From Trypanosoma brucei (taxonomy: Eukaryota), in the NCBI GenBank assembly GCA_000002445.1, contig CH464491.1, positions 64,001 through 128,000 on the forward strand: DNA of 64,000 bases, given 5' to 3'. The notes under the pieces are model-generated. The model was not told where the DNA came from. It saw only the letters and a program-made list of their open reading frames with translations, and searched no databases. The translations under genes and the position numbers were made by a program. How positions within the stretch are numbered: position 1 is the first letter of the stretch; the number at the start of each line of letters is the position of its first letter. Shown in pieces: positions 9,967 through 21,143 of this stretch.

Positions 9967-12921
9967 TCAACTGGACTGGGATTCTCCTTCAGTTCGACTG
10001 GTTTTGACTCTCTCCACAAGTTGCTTGTTGACGTGCAGTAGTCGCATCGCCTTTTCCTGAATATCGGCATTCTGTTTTTGTAACTCCTCGTGGCCCTTAC
10101 GTAGCGACTCCTCTCTACTCGCAGAAGCCGCAAGCTCTGCACGCAAACGCGCCAACTCTTCATCTCTTCCTCTAATGAGCGACTCGTGCGCACTCATTGC
10201 GGCAGCCAACTGCTCCTTCAGGGCGGCTAACTGTCCCTGCTCGCCTTCGGTTGCCGTGTCGGCGCCCTGCAATGGTTCCGTTTCCTCCGCAACATCTAAA
10301 GCCGCTGTCTCTGTTTGAAGGGAGTTTCGGAACAGCTCCGCCCGCTGCAGCGCCTGCCGCAACGTATCCGCCACCTGCCTCACGCCAGATCGAAGTAAAT
10401 GAGACTCTATGGCTTCCTTTTCTCCACTGTTCCCCGGTATTGTTTCCGACAAATACACGAGCTGCTCTTTCACAGCAGTGAATCCACTACACAGTTCCTC
10501 TAGCTGTTGTCCAAGTGGTCCCTTCATGCATTCCACACGCTCTTCGGGGTTGCTGGCTGGAGGTGACTGTTCACCGTCCGCAGCAATCTGTTGGAGTTGT
10601 CGTTGCTGACGATGCAGTTGCTCTACCAGGGTTGTCTCGCGTGTGAGATGTTCCTGCAACGACGACAAAAGGTCGCTGTTGTGGTTCTTCAGTAGCTTCA
10701 GTTGCAGAGCAGTGTGTTCGGCATCCTCGCTAATATTTTGCTTTTCTTCCCGTAATGCTGCCAATTCGGTCATGGCTGCATCTCGCACAGCCTGAAGTGA
10801 TGTAAGTTGTTCCCGCATTGCTGCTATCTGCTCGGAAGCCTCCACAGCGTCAAGCGAATTGTCTACCGGTGCTTCGTGCATCAGCACACGATCCATCGCA
10901 ACCAAACCATGCTGATCAATCAATTGCTCGCAGCGGGCAAGCCGTTCCAATGCCAAATCTCGTTCTTTAGTTACCTCACGCACCTTGTCCAGTAGCATAC
11001 TCACGTTTTGCCCGTCGTTGATGGCAGCATCCAACAAATTGGTCTCCGTCATCTGAGTTGTCTCAAGTTTATTTGATAAGAAATGTAATGTCTGCGCCAA
11101 GGTCTCCCGCAGCAAAGAGCGAATTTCGTCACGTTGGTGTCTCTCCATTGTCACATCCACAACAACGGCAGCGTTTTCCGAACGATCGTTCGCGGCGCTA
11201 GCAACCGATTGCAGTGACTCAAACGTTGCGATCAGCCGCAAAACCTGCTGCCCAAAGGCACGCAAGTCCTCCTCACGTTGCGCTGCTTTATCATTCAACA
11301 TTGCTTCAAAGGAGGTTATTGCCTTCTGAAAGTGTGCTTCACTCCGTGAAACCGCGTCCTTGACTTCAGCAGCCAGTTGACCTGACTGTACGACACCACT
11401 CCCGCCCTGATGTCTTCTCCCCTTGTCGTCAACTCGCTTGGAATCGACACGTTGCAGAGCGGATGAAACATCAGTCATTGTGCGCTCCGTTATCTTAAGT
11501 GCTTCCTCTACCTCTCTTGTTGCTCGTTGCTGCGTTTCGGCTTGCGCGACGGCCAGCGCACATTGCGTTTCTGCATTTACTGTATCATTCCGTAAACGAG
11601 AAACCTCCTCCTCATAGTACCGTCGCAGTGCAGCCACCGTGTGTACCACCTTACCTGCATCCGAATCATCTTTCAATTGCTGGACGGTTCTTTCCAACTC
11701 CGCGCACTTGGCCCTCTCGTCAGACAACTGTTCCCGCGCCATATTCAGAGATGTCGCCATCTGAACGGAGTTATCGAGAGCCCTTGTATAGTCCATGCGC
11801 AGTTGCGTCAGCTGCTGCGAAAGCGATTCACTACCACTGGGATGAATACGCTCACGCACCAAATCCGCCAACCTGTGTTCCACTACTTCCCGCCTCTGCC
11901 GCTCCTCAATGAAGTGCTCATGGACTGTCAGCGCCTCCCGTCGCAACACGGCAACTGACTCCTTAAGAGCGACATATTTCGCCTCCGCCTCCGCAATACG
12001 TGACTCCTGCCGCTGCCACGCATCGACAAGCTCAGATAACGTCACATCACGGTGCTGCAGTAGTCGTAGGGCAAAGTACTCCGGTGCGGTACGCTGCAAC
12101 GCTGGATTCGGCGGCTCCGTTCCCGGCTGTACGGGCACGAAATCTGGGGGAACTATAGCATGCACAACACCACTAAGGTCCAAATGTTTCTCAAGGAGGC
12201 GTACGTGGGCCTTTGCTTGACGAAGTTGTGAACTCACATGGTCTGCATCCTTACCCTTTGAAGCCAAAATGCGCACCATATCGATAAGAGAAAGCACCTC
12301 TTCATGATGGCGAAGGGATGCATTCTGATAAAAGGAAAGAGAACTCTGCAGACGGGCAATAGTAACGTCCTTTTTCAATGCCGAGAGGTCGGCATCTAGA
12401 GCCCTCTGCGAGTACACCTGAAGGGCCTGAAGCGCACCCCGGAGAAGATTCTGCACACGTTCCACAAGTTTTTCATTTATTTGCTGCTCACCCTCCAGTT
12501 GCGATGAAAACAAAGCAATTGTCGTCTTACTCGCTGAGTCGAAACCTTTCATCAGTTCACCCACGGCAAGGGCGGTAGAACTCTCTAACTGCTCCTTCAT
12601 AATACCTATTGAGAGGGTTTTCTGCCGAGAGTCATCCGCAATACGAGCATGTGAAAGGGCAGTAACTACACGGTTCGCTTGGCATCGCGACATCTGCTTC
12701 CATAATTCGGCATTTGAAGTGCGTGATCCCTCTAACGTGCGCTGAAGTTGCTGCGCCTTTCGCACTACAGACTGCAGTACAGCACCGTTAACGCTGCCGA
12801 CACTTTTCGTAATCTCATCCAACTCCAATGACATGTGCTGGAAAGTGGCGGAGCAGGTTTCCTGTATTGCACCTTCCCCTTCACTATTCTCTTCCCTCGA
12901 CCTTTTTGACCCAGGGAACAT
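9967..12921 (-). CDS. Large coiled-coil protein, 984 aa, hypothetical
   Basis: Continuous 2.95-kb minus-strand ORF. It is rich in E/L/Q/R/A with heptad-like periodicity throughout and has no recognisable enzymatic motif. Confidence 0.6.
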   Translation of the reverse strand: MFPGSKRSREENSEGEGAIQETCSATFQHMSLELDEITKSVGSVNGAVLQSVVRKAQQLQRTLEGSRTSNAELWKQMSRCQANRVVTALSHARIADDSRQKTLSIGIMKEQLESSTALAVGELMKGFDSASKTTIALFSSQLEGEQQINEKLVERVQNLLRGALQALQVYSQRALDADLSALKKDVTIARLQSSLSFYQNASLRHHEEVLSLIDMVRILASKGKDADHVSSQLRQAKAHVRLLEKHLDLSGVVHAIVPPDFVPVQPGTEPPNPALQRTAPEYFALRLLQHRDVTLSELVDAWQRQESRIAEAEAKYVALKESVAVLRREALTVHEHFIEERQRREVVEHRLADLVRERIHPSGSESLSQQLTQLRMDYTRALDNSVQMATSLNMAREQLSDERAKCAELERTVQQLKDDSDAGKVVHTVAALRRYYEEEVSRLRNDTVNAETQCALAVAQAETQQRATREVEEALKITERTMTDVSSALQRVDSKRVDDKGRRHQGGSGVVQSGQLAAEVKDAVSRSEAHFQKAITSFEAMLNDKAAQREEDLRAFGQQVLRLIATFESLQSVASAANDRSENAAVVVDVTMERHQRDEIRSLLRETLAQTLHFLSNKLETTQMTETNLLDAAINDGQNVSMLLDKVREVTKERDLALERLARCEQLIDQHGLVAMDRVLMHEAPVDNSLDAVEASEQIAAMREQLTSLQAVRDAAMTELAALREEKQNISEDAEHTALQLKLLKNHNSDLLSSLQEHLTRETTLVEQLHRQQRQLQQIAADGEQSPPASNPEERVECMKGPLGQQLEELCSGFTAVKEQLVYLSETIPGNSGEKEAIESHLLRSGVRQVADTLRQALQRAELFRNSLQTETAALDVAEETEPLQGADTATEGEQGQLAALKEQLAAAMSAHESLIRGRDEELARLRAELAASASREESLRKGHEELQKQNADIQEKAMRLLHVNKQLVERVKTSRTEGESQSS

Positions 12922-13578
12922 GATTCCAACCTTTGCACAGTGGCGAGGTCACACTCTGCGTAAATATGGACAATAGAATTTTAAAATGGTTAATTAGTTA
13001 CACAGGAAAGGAAGTGTATTTTTCTTTTTTTTTTTTGAGGGGTGCGGAAGGAAGAAAACGGGGAAGCGCCATTCATAGATGCAGCGGAAATGGATAAGAC
13101 GCATCATGTAAACGGGGGATAAAGGGAAGCGTTTCCCAATGCATGAGGAGCAGAAGTGATTAAATGGGAGCAAAGGACGCAAAAAAATAAAAGCAGGAAA
13201 GAAACTACTAAAGCAGTAGAAACAAAACTTCAACATGTTGAAAGAAATACCAAACCCAAATGTTCCCGCTTTGAAGTTACAGCGACAACAGTAACGCAAA
13301 ATAGTCGGTTTCCACCACTACATGTGTGTCTAAGAGTGTCTCCACTATAAATGTCGACACAATCTATGGTTGCCTCTCACGACAAGATATTGGAAGGGAG
13401 GGGACACATACATTTGAAAAATTGTATATTAGCCCTTATTTCTTTGGGCCCTGTTCACTCATATTGAATCCCTTCACAACTCGACAGAACAAAGCGATAT
13501 GAGAGAAGCCAGAAAATAAGGGGAAATTTGCTTACTCCTATCGTATGAAAGAATCAAAATCCCATTACCTCGTTTGCT

Positions 13579-15741
13579 CTAAGCATCTTCTATATCATAT
13601 GGTGTTTTTCGTATAATTGACACATCCATACTAGGAACCATAAACTTACTATCGGAGCTCTCTACATCCCAATCATGAAATGCGGGTCCCGTGGAGTCCA
13701 CATAAGCACCACTACTCTCGTGCGATTGCGTTTTCTTAATGGAAACTCCACTCTCATTTCCCCCATCTGAAAGTACATTTTCGGCATTGTAATTTAAACC
13801 CCCGCCAACGCTGGAAATCGCATTGGCTCCCTCACGACTTAGACTCACTTTGGCTGGTGGCACCGTCGTCGAACACTCCGCCACAGGAGTACGGCAAAAA
13901 TCCAGCTTCTCATCGCATGGAAGAGCAGAAAGGATCATTTGCCGCGAGACAGCAGATTGGCAATGAAGAATGTCGCTGAGCTTATCGTCCATAACTTTAT
14001 TGTTGTGGGCTGTTAGCCGCCCCACCTTCACAACCGTCTCACGAAGCTGCTTCAGTTCCGTACACAGAGGCGGTGCAACTGTCGTATTCATGTCGTCCAA
14101 ACTTCGTTGAATATTACGCAAAAGGGCCGCGTGTTCACTTTTTATTTCTCCCATGGTAATTGATGGGGTTAGTTGTGGAGCATTGTATCCTGCATCCCTC
14201 ACCGCCTTCCTCAAGTCGCCGATCAACTCCTCAGAAGACGCGCGCATGGACTCTACAGATAATCTTATGGGTAAAAGGCATCCCTGAAGTTCCTTTTTTA
14301 TCACTTCCAGCACGGTGTCACCAACAATAGCGCGCATCTCCGCAACCGATGTGGTAACATCGTTGCAGCCCGGAGATGCAGCAGAGTGAACTTCAACGAG
14401 ATGTGGAGAAGTTCCAGGCGTTCGTGGCAAAACAGGTTGTTTGCTTCCCGCTGGCGTCCTCTGCGGTGTGATAAAGGGAGCCTCCTGCAAAGCGAACGCG
14501 TGTTGCTGCAGAAGCCAACGCAAAGCATATGTTAACTCCTCCATGGCCTCTGTCTCAAGGGCGTAACGCTCGCAACTGTGAGTAAGGAGAAGTTCATTTA
14601 GAAGTAAGTCATCGATTTCCGCCTGCATTTCCATCATCAATGACTCGTCGGATCCGCCAGCCCTCGGAACCTTCTGCAGTCCTTCCTCTTGGAGATTGAG
14701 CTGGTTTCGAAGCGACGCAATCACCTCTTCCTTCTCCTCTAACTCCCGTTTTAGCTGTTCGATGGTTTCATCCGCTCGCTTCTTCGACTGATGCAGCTCC
14801 GCTAAGAGAGTACTTTTCATACCAGTTGCTGGAGTTGCCCAACAATCTTCTTCTTGTTGCCCTGAGTATTGACGTGAAGTTGACGTGCAGCGCTGCGCAG
14901 GACAACTCACGGGTCGATCGGTGTACGCTTGATTCCATGTTTTTTCACTTCGACAGCCATGGCGCGCAACACCCAATTCTTCAGAGTGCCTTTCTACACT
15001 TGAGTATTGCTTATGGGCAAGAGCTGACATAGTGTTTGAGCACCTTTCTTGAATAACCGTCCTCCAACTGGCTTCCGCAAACACAAGAGCCTCTCGAGTG
15101 TTCCGTTCATTTTCTTCAAATAACAACAGTTGTTGCTCACGGTGAAACTCGGCATCACGTCTGCAAATACTCTGCACTGACGTTAGCTGATATTCGGCTC
15201 TATGTAACTTGTCCTGCAAACGGTGCATCTGATCCCCAAGTGACTGGATCTCACGCTCTTTCAAGATACTTTGCTGACGAGAACGTTCGTACGCCGCACG
15301 CATTTCTTCAGCTCGATCAACAGCCTCACTTCGCTCCTCATCAAACTGCTTGGCAAGCTGTTGCAGATGATCAATTTCCTGCAAGTAAGACTCTTCAACA
15401 CCGTGCAGAGCGCCACGATTATTACTCGTTTTAGCACGCTTACGGCGACTGGTAGATGAAACTTGTAAATCTTGCGTGCGGGCACCGGAACCAATTGATG
15501 ACCTCATCCTGACCGGTGGATCAATTCCCTTGTAAGACACACCGCGACTCGAATTTGCGAATGTTACGTGCGATGACTCCAAAATGTGACTGAAGTCACG
15601 TGGGGGCGAATGGCAGGCGCAGTCGCAACCTATTGAAAGAAGACCACCGTTGTCACGAGGCGTCACACCTTCCTTCCGCGCTGAGGAGGGTACCGTCTCG
15701 GCAGGAAACCACATAGTCATTTGGTAAAGGAGAGAGCACAA
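13579..15741 (-). CDS. Coiled-coil protein, about 720 aa, hypothetical
   Basis: 2.16-kb minus-strand ORF. It has a central coiled coil (REIQSLGDQMHRLQDKLHRAEYQL...EQLKRELEEKEEVIASLRNQLNLQEEG) and Ser/Thr-rich termini. Confidence 0.55.
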   Translation of the reverse strand: MCSLLYQMTMWFPAETVPSSARKEGVTPRDNGGLLSIGCDCACHSPPRDFSHILESSHVTFANSSRGVSYKGIDPPVRMRSSIGSGARTQDLQVSSTSRRKRAKTSNNRGALHGVEESYLQEIDHLQQLAKQFDEERSEAVDRAEEMRAAYERSRQQSILKEREIQSLGDQMHRLQDKLHRAEYQLTSVQSICRRDAEFHREQQLLLFEENERNTREALVFAEASWRTVIQERCSNTMSALAHKQYSSVERHSEELGVARHGCRSEKTWNQAYTDRPVSCPAQRCTSTSRQYSGQQEEDCWATPATGMKSTLLAELHQSKKRADETIEQLKRELEEKEEVIASLRNQLNLQEEGLQKVPRAGGSDESLMMEMQAEIDDLLLNELLLTHSCERYALETEAMEELTYALRWLLQQHAFALQEAPFITPQRTPAGSKQPVLPRTPGTSPHLVEVHSAASPGCNDVTTSVAEMRAIVGDTVLEVIKKELQGCLLPIRLSVESMRASSEELIGDLRKAVRDAGYNAPQLTPSITMGEIKSEHAALLRNIQRSLDDMNTTVAPPLCTELKQLRETVVKVGRLTAHNNKVMDDKLSDILHCQSAVSRQMILSALPCDEKLDFCRTPVAECSTTVPPAKVSLSREGANAISSVGGGLNYNAENVLSDGGNESGVSIKKTQSHESSGAYVDSTGPAFHDWDVESSDSKFMVPSMDVSIIRKTPYDIEDA

Positions 15742-16376
15742 CTAAAAAAAAGAGGTAAACAAAAAATATATAACTACCTAATACAAAGATGTGGTAAAAT
15801 ACAAATATATATATATGACGTGTGGAGGCAACTGCACTGCTTGAGCAGAAGGAAACAAACAGAAATAAAGCAAGACTAACCATCTCACGAATATTTTTGA
15901 ACAGAAAAGTGCATTGATTCCGCAAATGACAATAACCAAGAAAAAATATAATAATGTGGACTACCGCCACACGCCTACAGTTACACGAAACAAAATAACA
16001 GTGTTGACAATAGCACCTTTATAAAGGAGGGCGGCTAGAAAAATGTTGCGAACACGTACGACCATCAGAAATAAATAATACAAGCACTGCGCTAAATGAA
16101 TAAACAAAGGATAGGGGAGCGTAACGTTAAGCGTACACAGTGGACCCTGAACTTTGTAAACGCATCTTCTAGGAAGTTTAGTTAGGGGGGCGTGACGTTA
16201 AACACATCCTCTCAGCACCAAGGCCATAATGAACGACAAAAACGACCCAGGTGAAAAAAAAAGACACCCTATACCAGAGGAAGAAAAGAATAAGATCTGC
16301 CACATAATACCATGGTCGTGTTTAACGTCAACCACAACAATGGCAGTTGCACGTATCGTACGAGTAAATTATGGAA

Positions 16377-17723
16377 TTAAAACTGCCGACGAGGGTTCAG
16401 GACTGCTTTACCCCCACCATAACCTCCGTTACGACCCACTGGAGGTCCCTTAACGTAATTCTGAGCAGCAATCATTTGACCCCGTGGCACCGGCAGAAGA
16501 GGTGGTCGCACCATTTGCCTCCCGCCTGTTTGGCGAGGTGTTAAACCCACCGCTGGACGCTGCCTCCCATGGCGCGCATCTCGTTTAGACATGTCCTGCA
16601 CAGCCGCTGTTGGTAAATAACCACTCGCCAAGTAACATATACCCTCCCCTATCTCCGGTTTCAATGGAATTCCATCCCGCATCTTCGAAAGTGGAACGCT
16701 CTGCGGACCCCTTAAATCAGTTTCCTCAAGGAACACGCCATGCTTCATCCACTGTATGAAACAAAGCGAATCACCGGTACCATCGTCAACGGGTGAAAGA
16801 AGTTGACCAAAACCAAATACAGCGGAGCACCGCTGCAGAACAACGATAATTATAACTGGTCCCCTGTCCATTACTTTATAAAAAGCACGCTGGTTCTCTG
16901 GCTCAGTTCGAAAAAAACCGGCTTCGACGGACCTCTCAGCATCCTCTCTCGACATCACCACAACAAAGTAATAAGCGTCCAAGTTTACAACACTCGTGTC
17001 CAGTGGTGCATGAAGAATGGGCATGGTTGCCAATCCATCACCCTTCCGCACTTCCGTGTTGTTAACGTGTTTCCCGTTCCCACACTGATCAATACACGCT
17101 TTCAACTGAGGTCCGAGGTCAGCGACTGAACTAGGCGGTTGTAACAACGATTCAGTGATTGATCGGAACATTGCGGGTGTGGGAATGATGTCACTAAGGG
17201 CGACATGTATGAAGTTGCGGGGGAAAAATTCCATGACAGGCGGTACTAAAAGCAACTTTGCGGGATCCTGTAACACGACCCAACCGCGTCCCGTGCACGC
17301 ACCTGTGGGATCCGTAAAGATGTCGGCTTCCGCTACCATGTCGAATGCTTCAAAAAAGCGCCCGAGCATTTCAGCTGTTGTGTTCGGGGGTAAATTCGAT
17401 ACATACGCGCAAACATAACCGCCGGTGACGGGGACAAGATCACCAGTTGCGGGATCGGGTACGTATGCCTCGTAATGCGCATATGGAAGTAATCTGCATG
17501 CAGTGACACCACGCTCTGTAGCATCAGTAGATAACGGTACTTCCTGTGGTGGGACGTTACCTGGATCAAAGAGGAGAGTCCCCTCAGGAAGTCTCGGATA
17601 CAAAGCTAGACGACCATCCTCGAGGAGATTAAACTTCTCACCATTGACATAAACAAACGAAGAATCACTTTCTTTCTCCTCCATTTTGTTTTTGTGTGCG
17701 TGATAGTTGGTAGTGTAATACAA
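16377..17723 (-). CDS. RNA-binding protein with an N-terminal RRM-like fold and a YTH-like domain; the C-terminus is Gly/Arg/Pro-rich
   Basis: RRM-like segment: VCAYVSNLPP...GRGWVVLQ. The segment YYFVVVMSREDAERSVEAGFFRTEPENQRAFYKVMDRGPVIIIVVLQRCSAVFGFGQLLS aligns residue by residue with the YTHDF core ([27 protein letters not shown]..AY......[23 protein letters not shown]). The tail reads RQTGGRQMVRPPLLPVPRGQ...GGYGGG. Confidence 0.6.
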   Translation of the reverse strand: MYYTTNYHAHKNKMEEKESDSSFVYVNGEKFNLLEDGRLALYPRLPEGTLLFDPGNVPPQEVPLSTDATERGVTACRLLPYAHYEAYVPDPATGDLVPVTGGYVCAYVSNLPPNTTAEMLGRFFEAFDMVAEADIFTDPTGACTGRGWVVLQDPAKLLLVPPVMEFFPRNFIHVALSDIIPTPAMFRSITESLLQPPSSVADLGPQLKACIDQCGNGKHVNNTEVRKGDGLATMPILHAPLDTSVVNLDAYYFVVVMSREDAERSVEAGFFRTEPENQRAFYKVMDRGPVIIIVVLQRCSAVFGFGQLLSPVDDGTGDSLCFIQWMKHGVFLEETDLRGPQSVPLSKMRDGIPLKPEIGEGICYLASGYLPTAAVQDMSKRDARHGRQRPAVGLTPRQTGGRQMVRPPLLPVPRGQMIAAQNYVKGPPVGRNGGYGGGKAVLNPRRQF

Positions 17724-18442
17724 GCCAGTCTCACCACAATTACCGATTCAATCCCCTTTCCCAAATCCCTCGCTCGAACTAGGCTGCTACCTTCAGAGTG
17801 TCCCTCCACCACAAATATATATATATATTTATTTATTTATTTATTTGTGCCTGTGTGTATGCAGGATTGTACCAACACACAAAACTGCCTGATACGTAAG
17901 AAATAAGTAACAAATTAAATATACCCGCGCTACTCCGTTACAGGTTATACAATCCGACGAAATGAGGGATACTCTTTCCCTCTTCCACTCCCTAAATCTC
18001 TCCTCGCCTGAGCCCCTGCACCTCAGTCACCTTCCCTTCACCCCCTTTCTGGCTCCTTTTTTGATTCTGTTTTAGTCCAATCAAAACTTTTTAACCTAAG
18101 CCCCGGTTCGGGAGACGTCGTAGAAAACGAAGGAAGGGAGAGATAATCAGCAGGTACGTGATGAGAAAAAAAAAAAATAAAGATCAAGAAACAAAACAAA
18201 ACACAGCGCTCGACAATGACATTAGCTTGCCGCACGAAGCCAACGGCACCGTTATTAAACCAAAATTGTTAACCGCTTAGGAAGATTCTTCTTTTATCTT
18301 TGTTTTTTCCCTCCATAAAACAGTCCACACATTTCTGTCTTTCATGTTTTATCTGGAACAAAAACACGCAAACAGGGACAGGTCCTCAGAATCACTGCGA
18401 TATAAACATATGGAATGTCACTTTCACATACTCCAACCCCAA

Positions 18443-20242
18443 TCAAGTACCTTCCCGCTCATCTGCAGTGATTCGTCTCTCAAATATGGCCTCAACGGCA
18501 GCACCACACAAAAGTCGCACCACCGGTAATACCCGACACACCACATATTTCCCAGGGACTCCACTCAAATTCGTTACCCTATAGAAAATAAGTTCTCTTC
18601 CTCCACCATGTTTCGCACTACACCAACGCCACAGCGGGCCGAGAAGAGGTGCAAATCGCATATCAGTTAGCAAAAAAGTGACATGTGTTACTTCGTTAGG
18701 TTGAATCCTAAAATACGTTAGCCCATTTACACTGTTGGCGTACATGAAGGCAAACTGTGCAATAAACTCCTTCACCGTCCCCTCGTCAGGTATCCCAATG
18801 CAATGGCAAACCTCAGAGATCGAAGTTACATTTAAATCTCCCATGTCCGCCACGGTTGCTAACTGATGAGTGGTGGAAACCAACCCAACACATCCGGACA
18901 CAATCGTGCGGCACTCGTTTGCAACTCTCAGCATATTTGAAAAGGAATATGGTCCCAACGATGGGGCGCCCCAGCAACTGGTGCTGCGAACCACCATAGT
19001 TGAACGATCGATGGAGCACTGCGGTGCAGTAAGAACTTCGAGTCGGAATGCAGAGAGGGAATTCATCTCGGCGAAAGAGCAACCGGGAGGGCACACGTCA
19101 GGAAAGGCAATCGAGAACGCAGCGCAAAAACAGTCAAAGAGATCCACATTAGGTGATAACACTAACACGAAAAATACTTCATGAGTAATTTTCGAAGCGT
19201 CTTCGATAGCCTTCCGAAGTACATCCTCAAGGATACGCTGCTGTGCTCCTCTGTCTGATGTAATACAGGCGTCGTACACCCCGCACGTACACGCCCAATA
19301 CTCCACATCTCCTTCAGACTTACGAGTTTGGAATGCTGCTTTGTTTTCATTCATTTGTAAATCCTCGAAGATAAGTTGATCAAGAGAAGGAAGGTGCTTC
19401 ATCCGATCCGATGGAAATGTAAAGAGCGACAGTTGCTGCAGTATGTGCTTATCGGCAACCTTCTCCTCATCTGTTTTTGCACGTTGAGCAACTTTAAGTA
19501 CCGCATGACCGGAAGGAGAGTAGTCATTGTTATCCACAATTACAGGGCGCAGTTCAACAACCTCCAAACGCTTCTCCCTAAAGAGAGGACAATCAAGCAC
19601 AATTGTCTCAAACTCGCCTCCTTCACCCGCTGCGTGCGCACCATACAAGCGCTGAATACTCTCTAGTTCTGGACGTGCAGCAAGAAGGGACGTGCCAAGA
19701 TGCTTTTGCGGTACAAGACCTACTGTTGCCGTCTTGACCAGTATAGCTTCCACGCGCAGAATGGTGGCGATGTCAAGGATCTCCTCAGCGGGCCGCTGCC
19801 ACAAAAATGCAAGTGAACGGAGTTTCAAGCGGCTGCACACATCTTCCACGCGGTGGCGCTGGTAATTAGACAATATGGCGCCCGAAGTGACCGCTTCCAC
19901 CTCAGGAAACTCCTCCTTCACAGAGCGAAGCAGCCTGTAGAGGGCTTCAATTTCATCGCCTTCATCCCGCTTGCTCGTGTAATGAAGATCCTGCACCTTC
20001 GCCTGGTCAGCGCGAATGTAGCCTCTGCGAAACGGCAGTTGCATGCACGCGGCGATTTCCTCCACAACCTCATGACCTACTGTTTGGAAAGAATAAGAAT
20101 CAACCTCATGCACAGTTTCCCGTCCATCGTCGCATTCGGGAGCGATGTTCGCCACAACTACTGGGTAGTGCCCATATCGCATCGAGAGGATAATGGAGAG
20201 TATACTATCCTTTCCCCCGGAGATGAGGGCAATAGTCTTCAT
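18443..20242 (-). CDS. DPH6: Diphthine-ammonia ligase (DPH6/ATPBD4-like): an N-terminal alpha-ANH PP-loop domain plus C-terminal YjgF/RidA-like modules
   Basis: The N-terminus MKTIALISGGKDSILSIILSMRYGHYPVVVANI matches the DPH6 PP-loop start (MKVVALISGGKDS...). At 599 aa it is consistent with the fused two-domain eukaryotic enzyme. Confidence 0.75.
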   Translation of the reverse strand: MKTIALISGGKDSILSIILSMRYGHYPVVVANIAPECDDGRETVHEVDSYSFQTVGHEVVEEIAACMQLPFRRGYIRADQAKVQDLHYTSKRDEGDEIEALYRLLRSVKEEFPEVEAVTSGAILSNYQRHRVEDVCSRLKLRSLAFLWQRPAEEILDIATILRVEAILVKTATVGLVPQKHLGTSLLAARPELESIQRLYGAHAAGEGGEFETIVLDCPLFREKRLEVVELRPVIVDNNDYSPSGHAVLKVAQRAKTDEEKVADKHILQQLSLFTFPSDRMKHLPSLDQLIFEDLQMNENKAAFQTRKSEGDVEYWACTCGVYDACITSDRGAQQRILEDVLRKAIEDASKITHEVFFVLVLSPNVDLFDCFCAAFSIAFPDVCPPGCSFAEMNSLSAFRLEVLTAPQCSIDRSTMVVRSTSCWGAPSLGPYSFSNMLRVANECRTIVSGCVGLVSTTHQLATVADMGDLNVTSISEVCHCIGIPDEGTVKEFIAQFAFMYANSVNGLTYFRIQPNEVTHVTFLLTDMRFAPLLGPLWRWCSAKHGGGRELIFYRVTNLSGVPGKYVVCRVLPVVRLLCGAAVEAIFERRITADEREGT

Positions 20243-20582
20243 CGCCTACGGCTGAAAAAAAATAACGTTGAAAACAGAAATAATGAGAAGAGAACGTCAG
20301 CGATCCAAACATTTCATCACACGGATGAAAATATGGACGGCACAGTTATTTACTGCTTCCTCAATCATCTACCGCCGGAGCCAATACAAGAGTTGGGAGA
20401 ACGGATATACACAACAAGGGGATAACAATAACAATATGTATGTGTATATGTGTGCGAGCACGACCGGCAGGCGAATGAAGGCTCTAAGACGAACAATGGA
20501 GCCAGTTTACAAGAAGGAAGTTGAATAGGCAGTTGCTAACGGTGATAAAAAGAGCGTTGTAACAATCCAGAGGCGTTTCACC

Positions 20583-20878
20583 TTATGGCTGACAACTGCG
20601 ATACCACCCAACATACTGCTTTACCGTGTATGCGGCAATGGAGCATGCAAGCAAGCCCCTGAACACGTTGCTGTCCACCTCTTGAAACAACAGGAAGCTG
20701 ATAACGATAAAACCGGCTCTCCTCTCGTCTGCCGTCAGTCCGAGAAAAGTCCCCTCCTCGGGCTCCCTGCCGTGCCCGGTTGCACACCTCTCAGTTGGAG
20801 GCAACTGCCCATCAACACTACTGCGCTCATCAGCCGCATCCGCATCGCTGCTAAGGGTCATTAGGGTAATATCTTCAC
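20583..20878 (-). CDS. Small hypothetical membrane protein, about 98 aa
   Basis: The ORF restarts at MTLSSDADAADERSS..., immediately downstream of a coding-strand polyY tract (purine-rich on + at 20880-20960). It has a predicted TM segment (GFIVISFLLFQ...LLACSIAAYTV). The longer 184-aa ORF would run into the polyY tract. Confidence 0.3.
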
Positions 20879-21143
20879 AAAGAAAAAAAAAGTATATGAC
20901 AACAAATGCGAAAACGGTAAGAGATGTAGATAGAAAAGAAAAACAAACAGCACAGACACGGCGAGCGCCCGACATACAAGATGGTGTAATGGAATACAGT
21001 TTTTTTATTTTGTTCAGCATTAGGAACCGCGCTGAGTTTTGACGAGAGTTGTAACTTTTAGATGAAGCAGAAAGGGAACTCTTTGTGATCTCAACAGACG
21101 CACCATTGCATATCTTCCACACCTCTTTTATACACACTACCTA

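Noticed and set aside
20879-21137. Upstream part of the 184-aa ORF 20583-21137
   Set aside because: This segment overlaps the coding-strand polypyrimidine tract (purine-rich on + at 20880-20960) and translates to low-complexity sequence. The CDS more plausibly starts at MTLSSD (20878).
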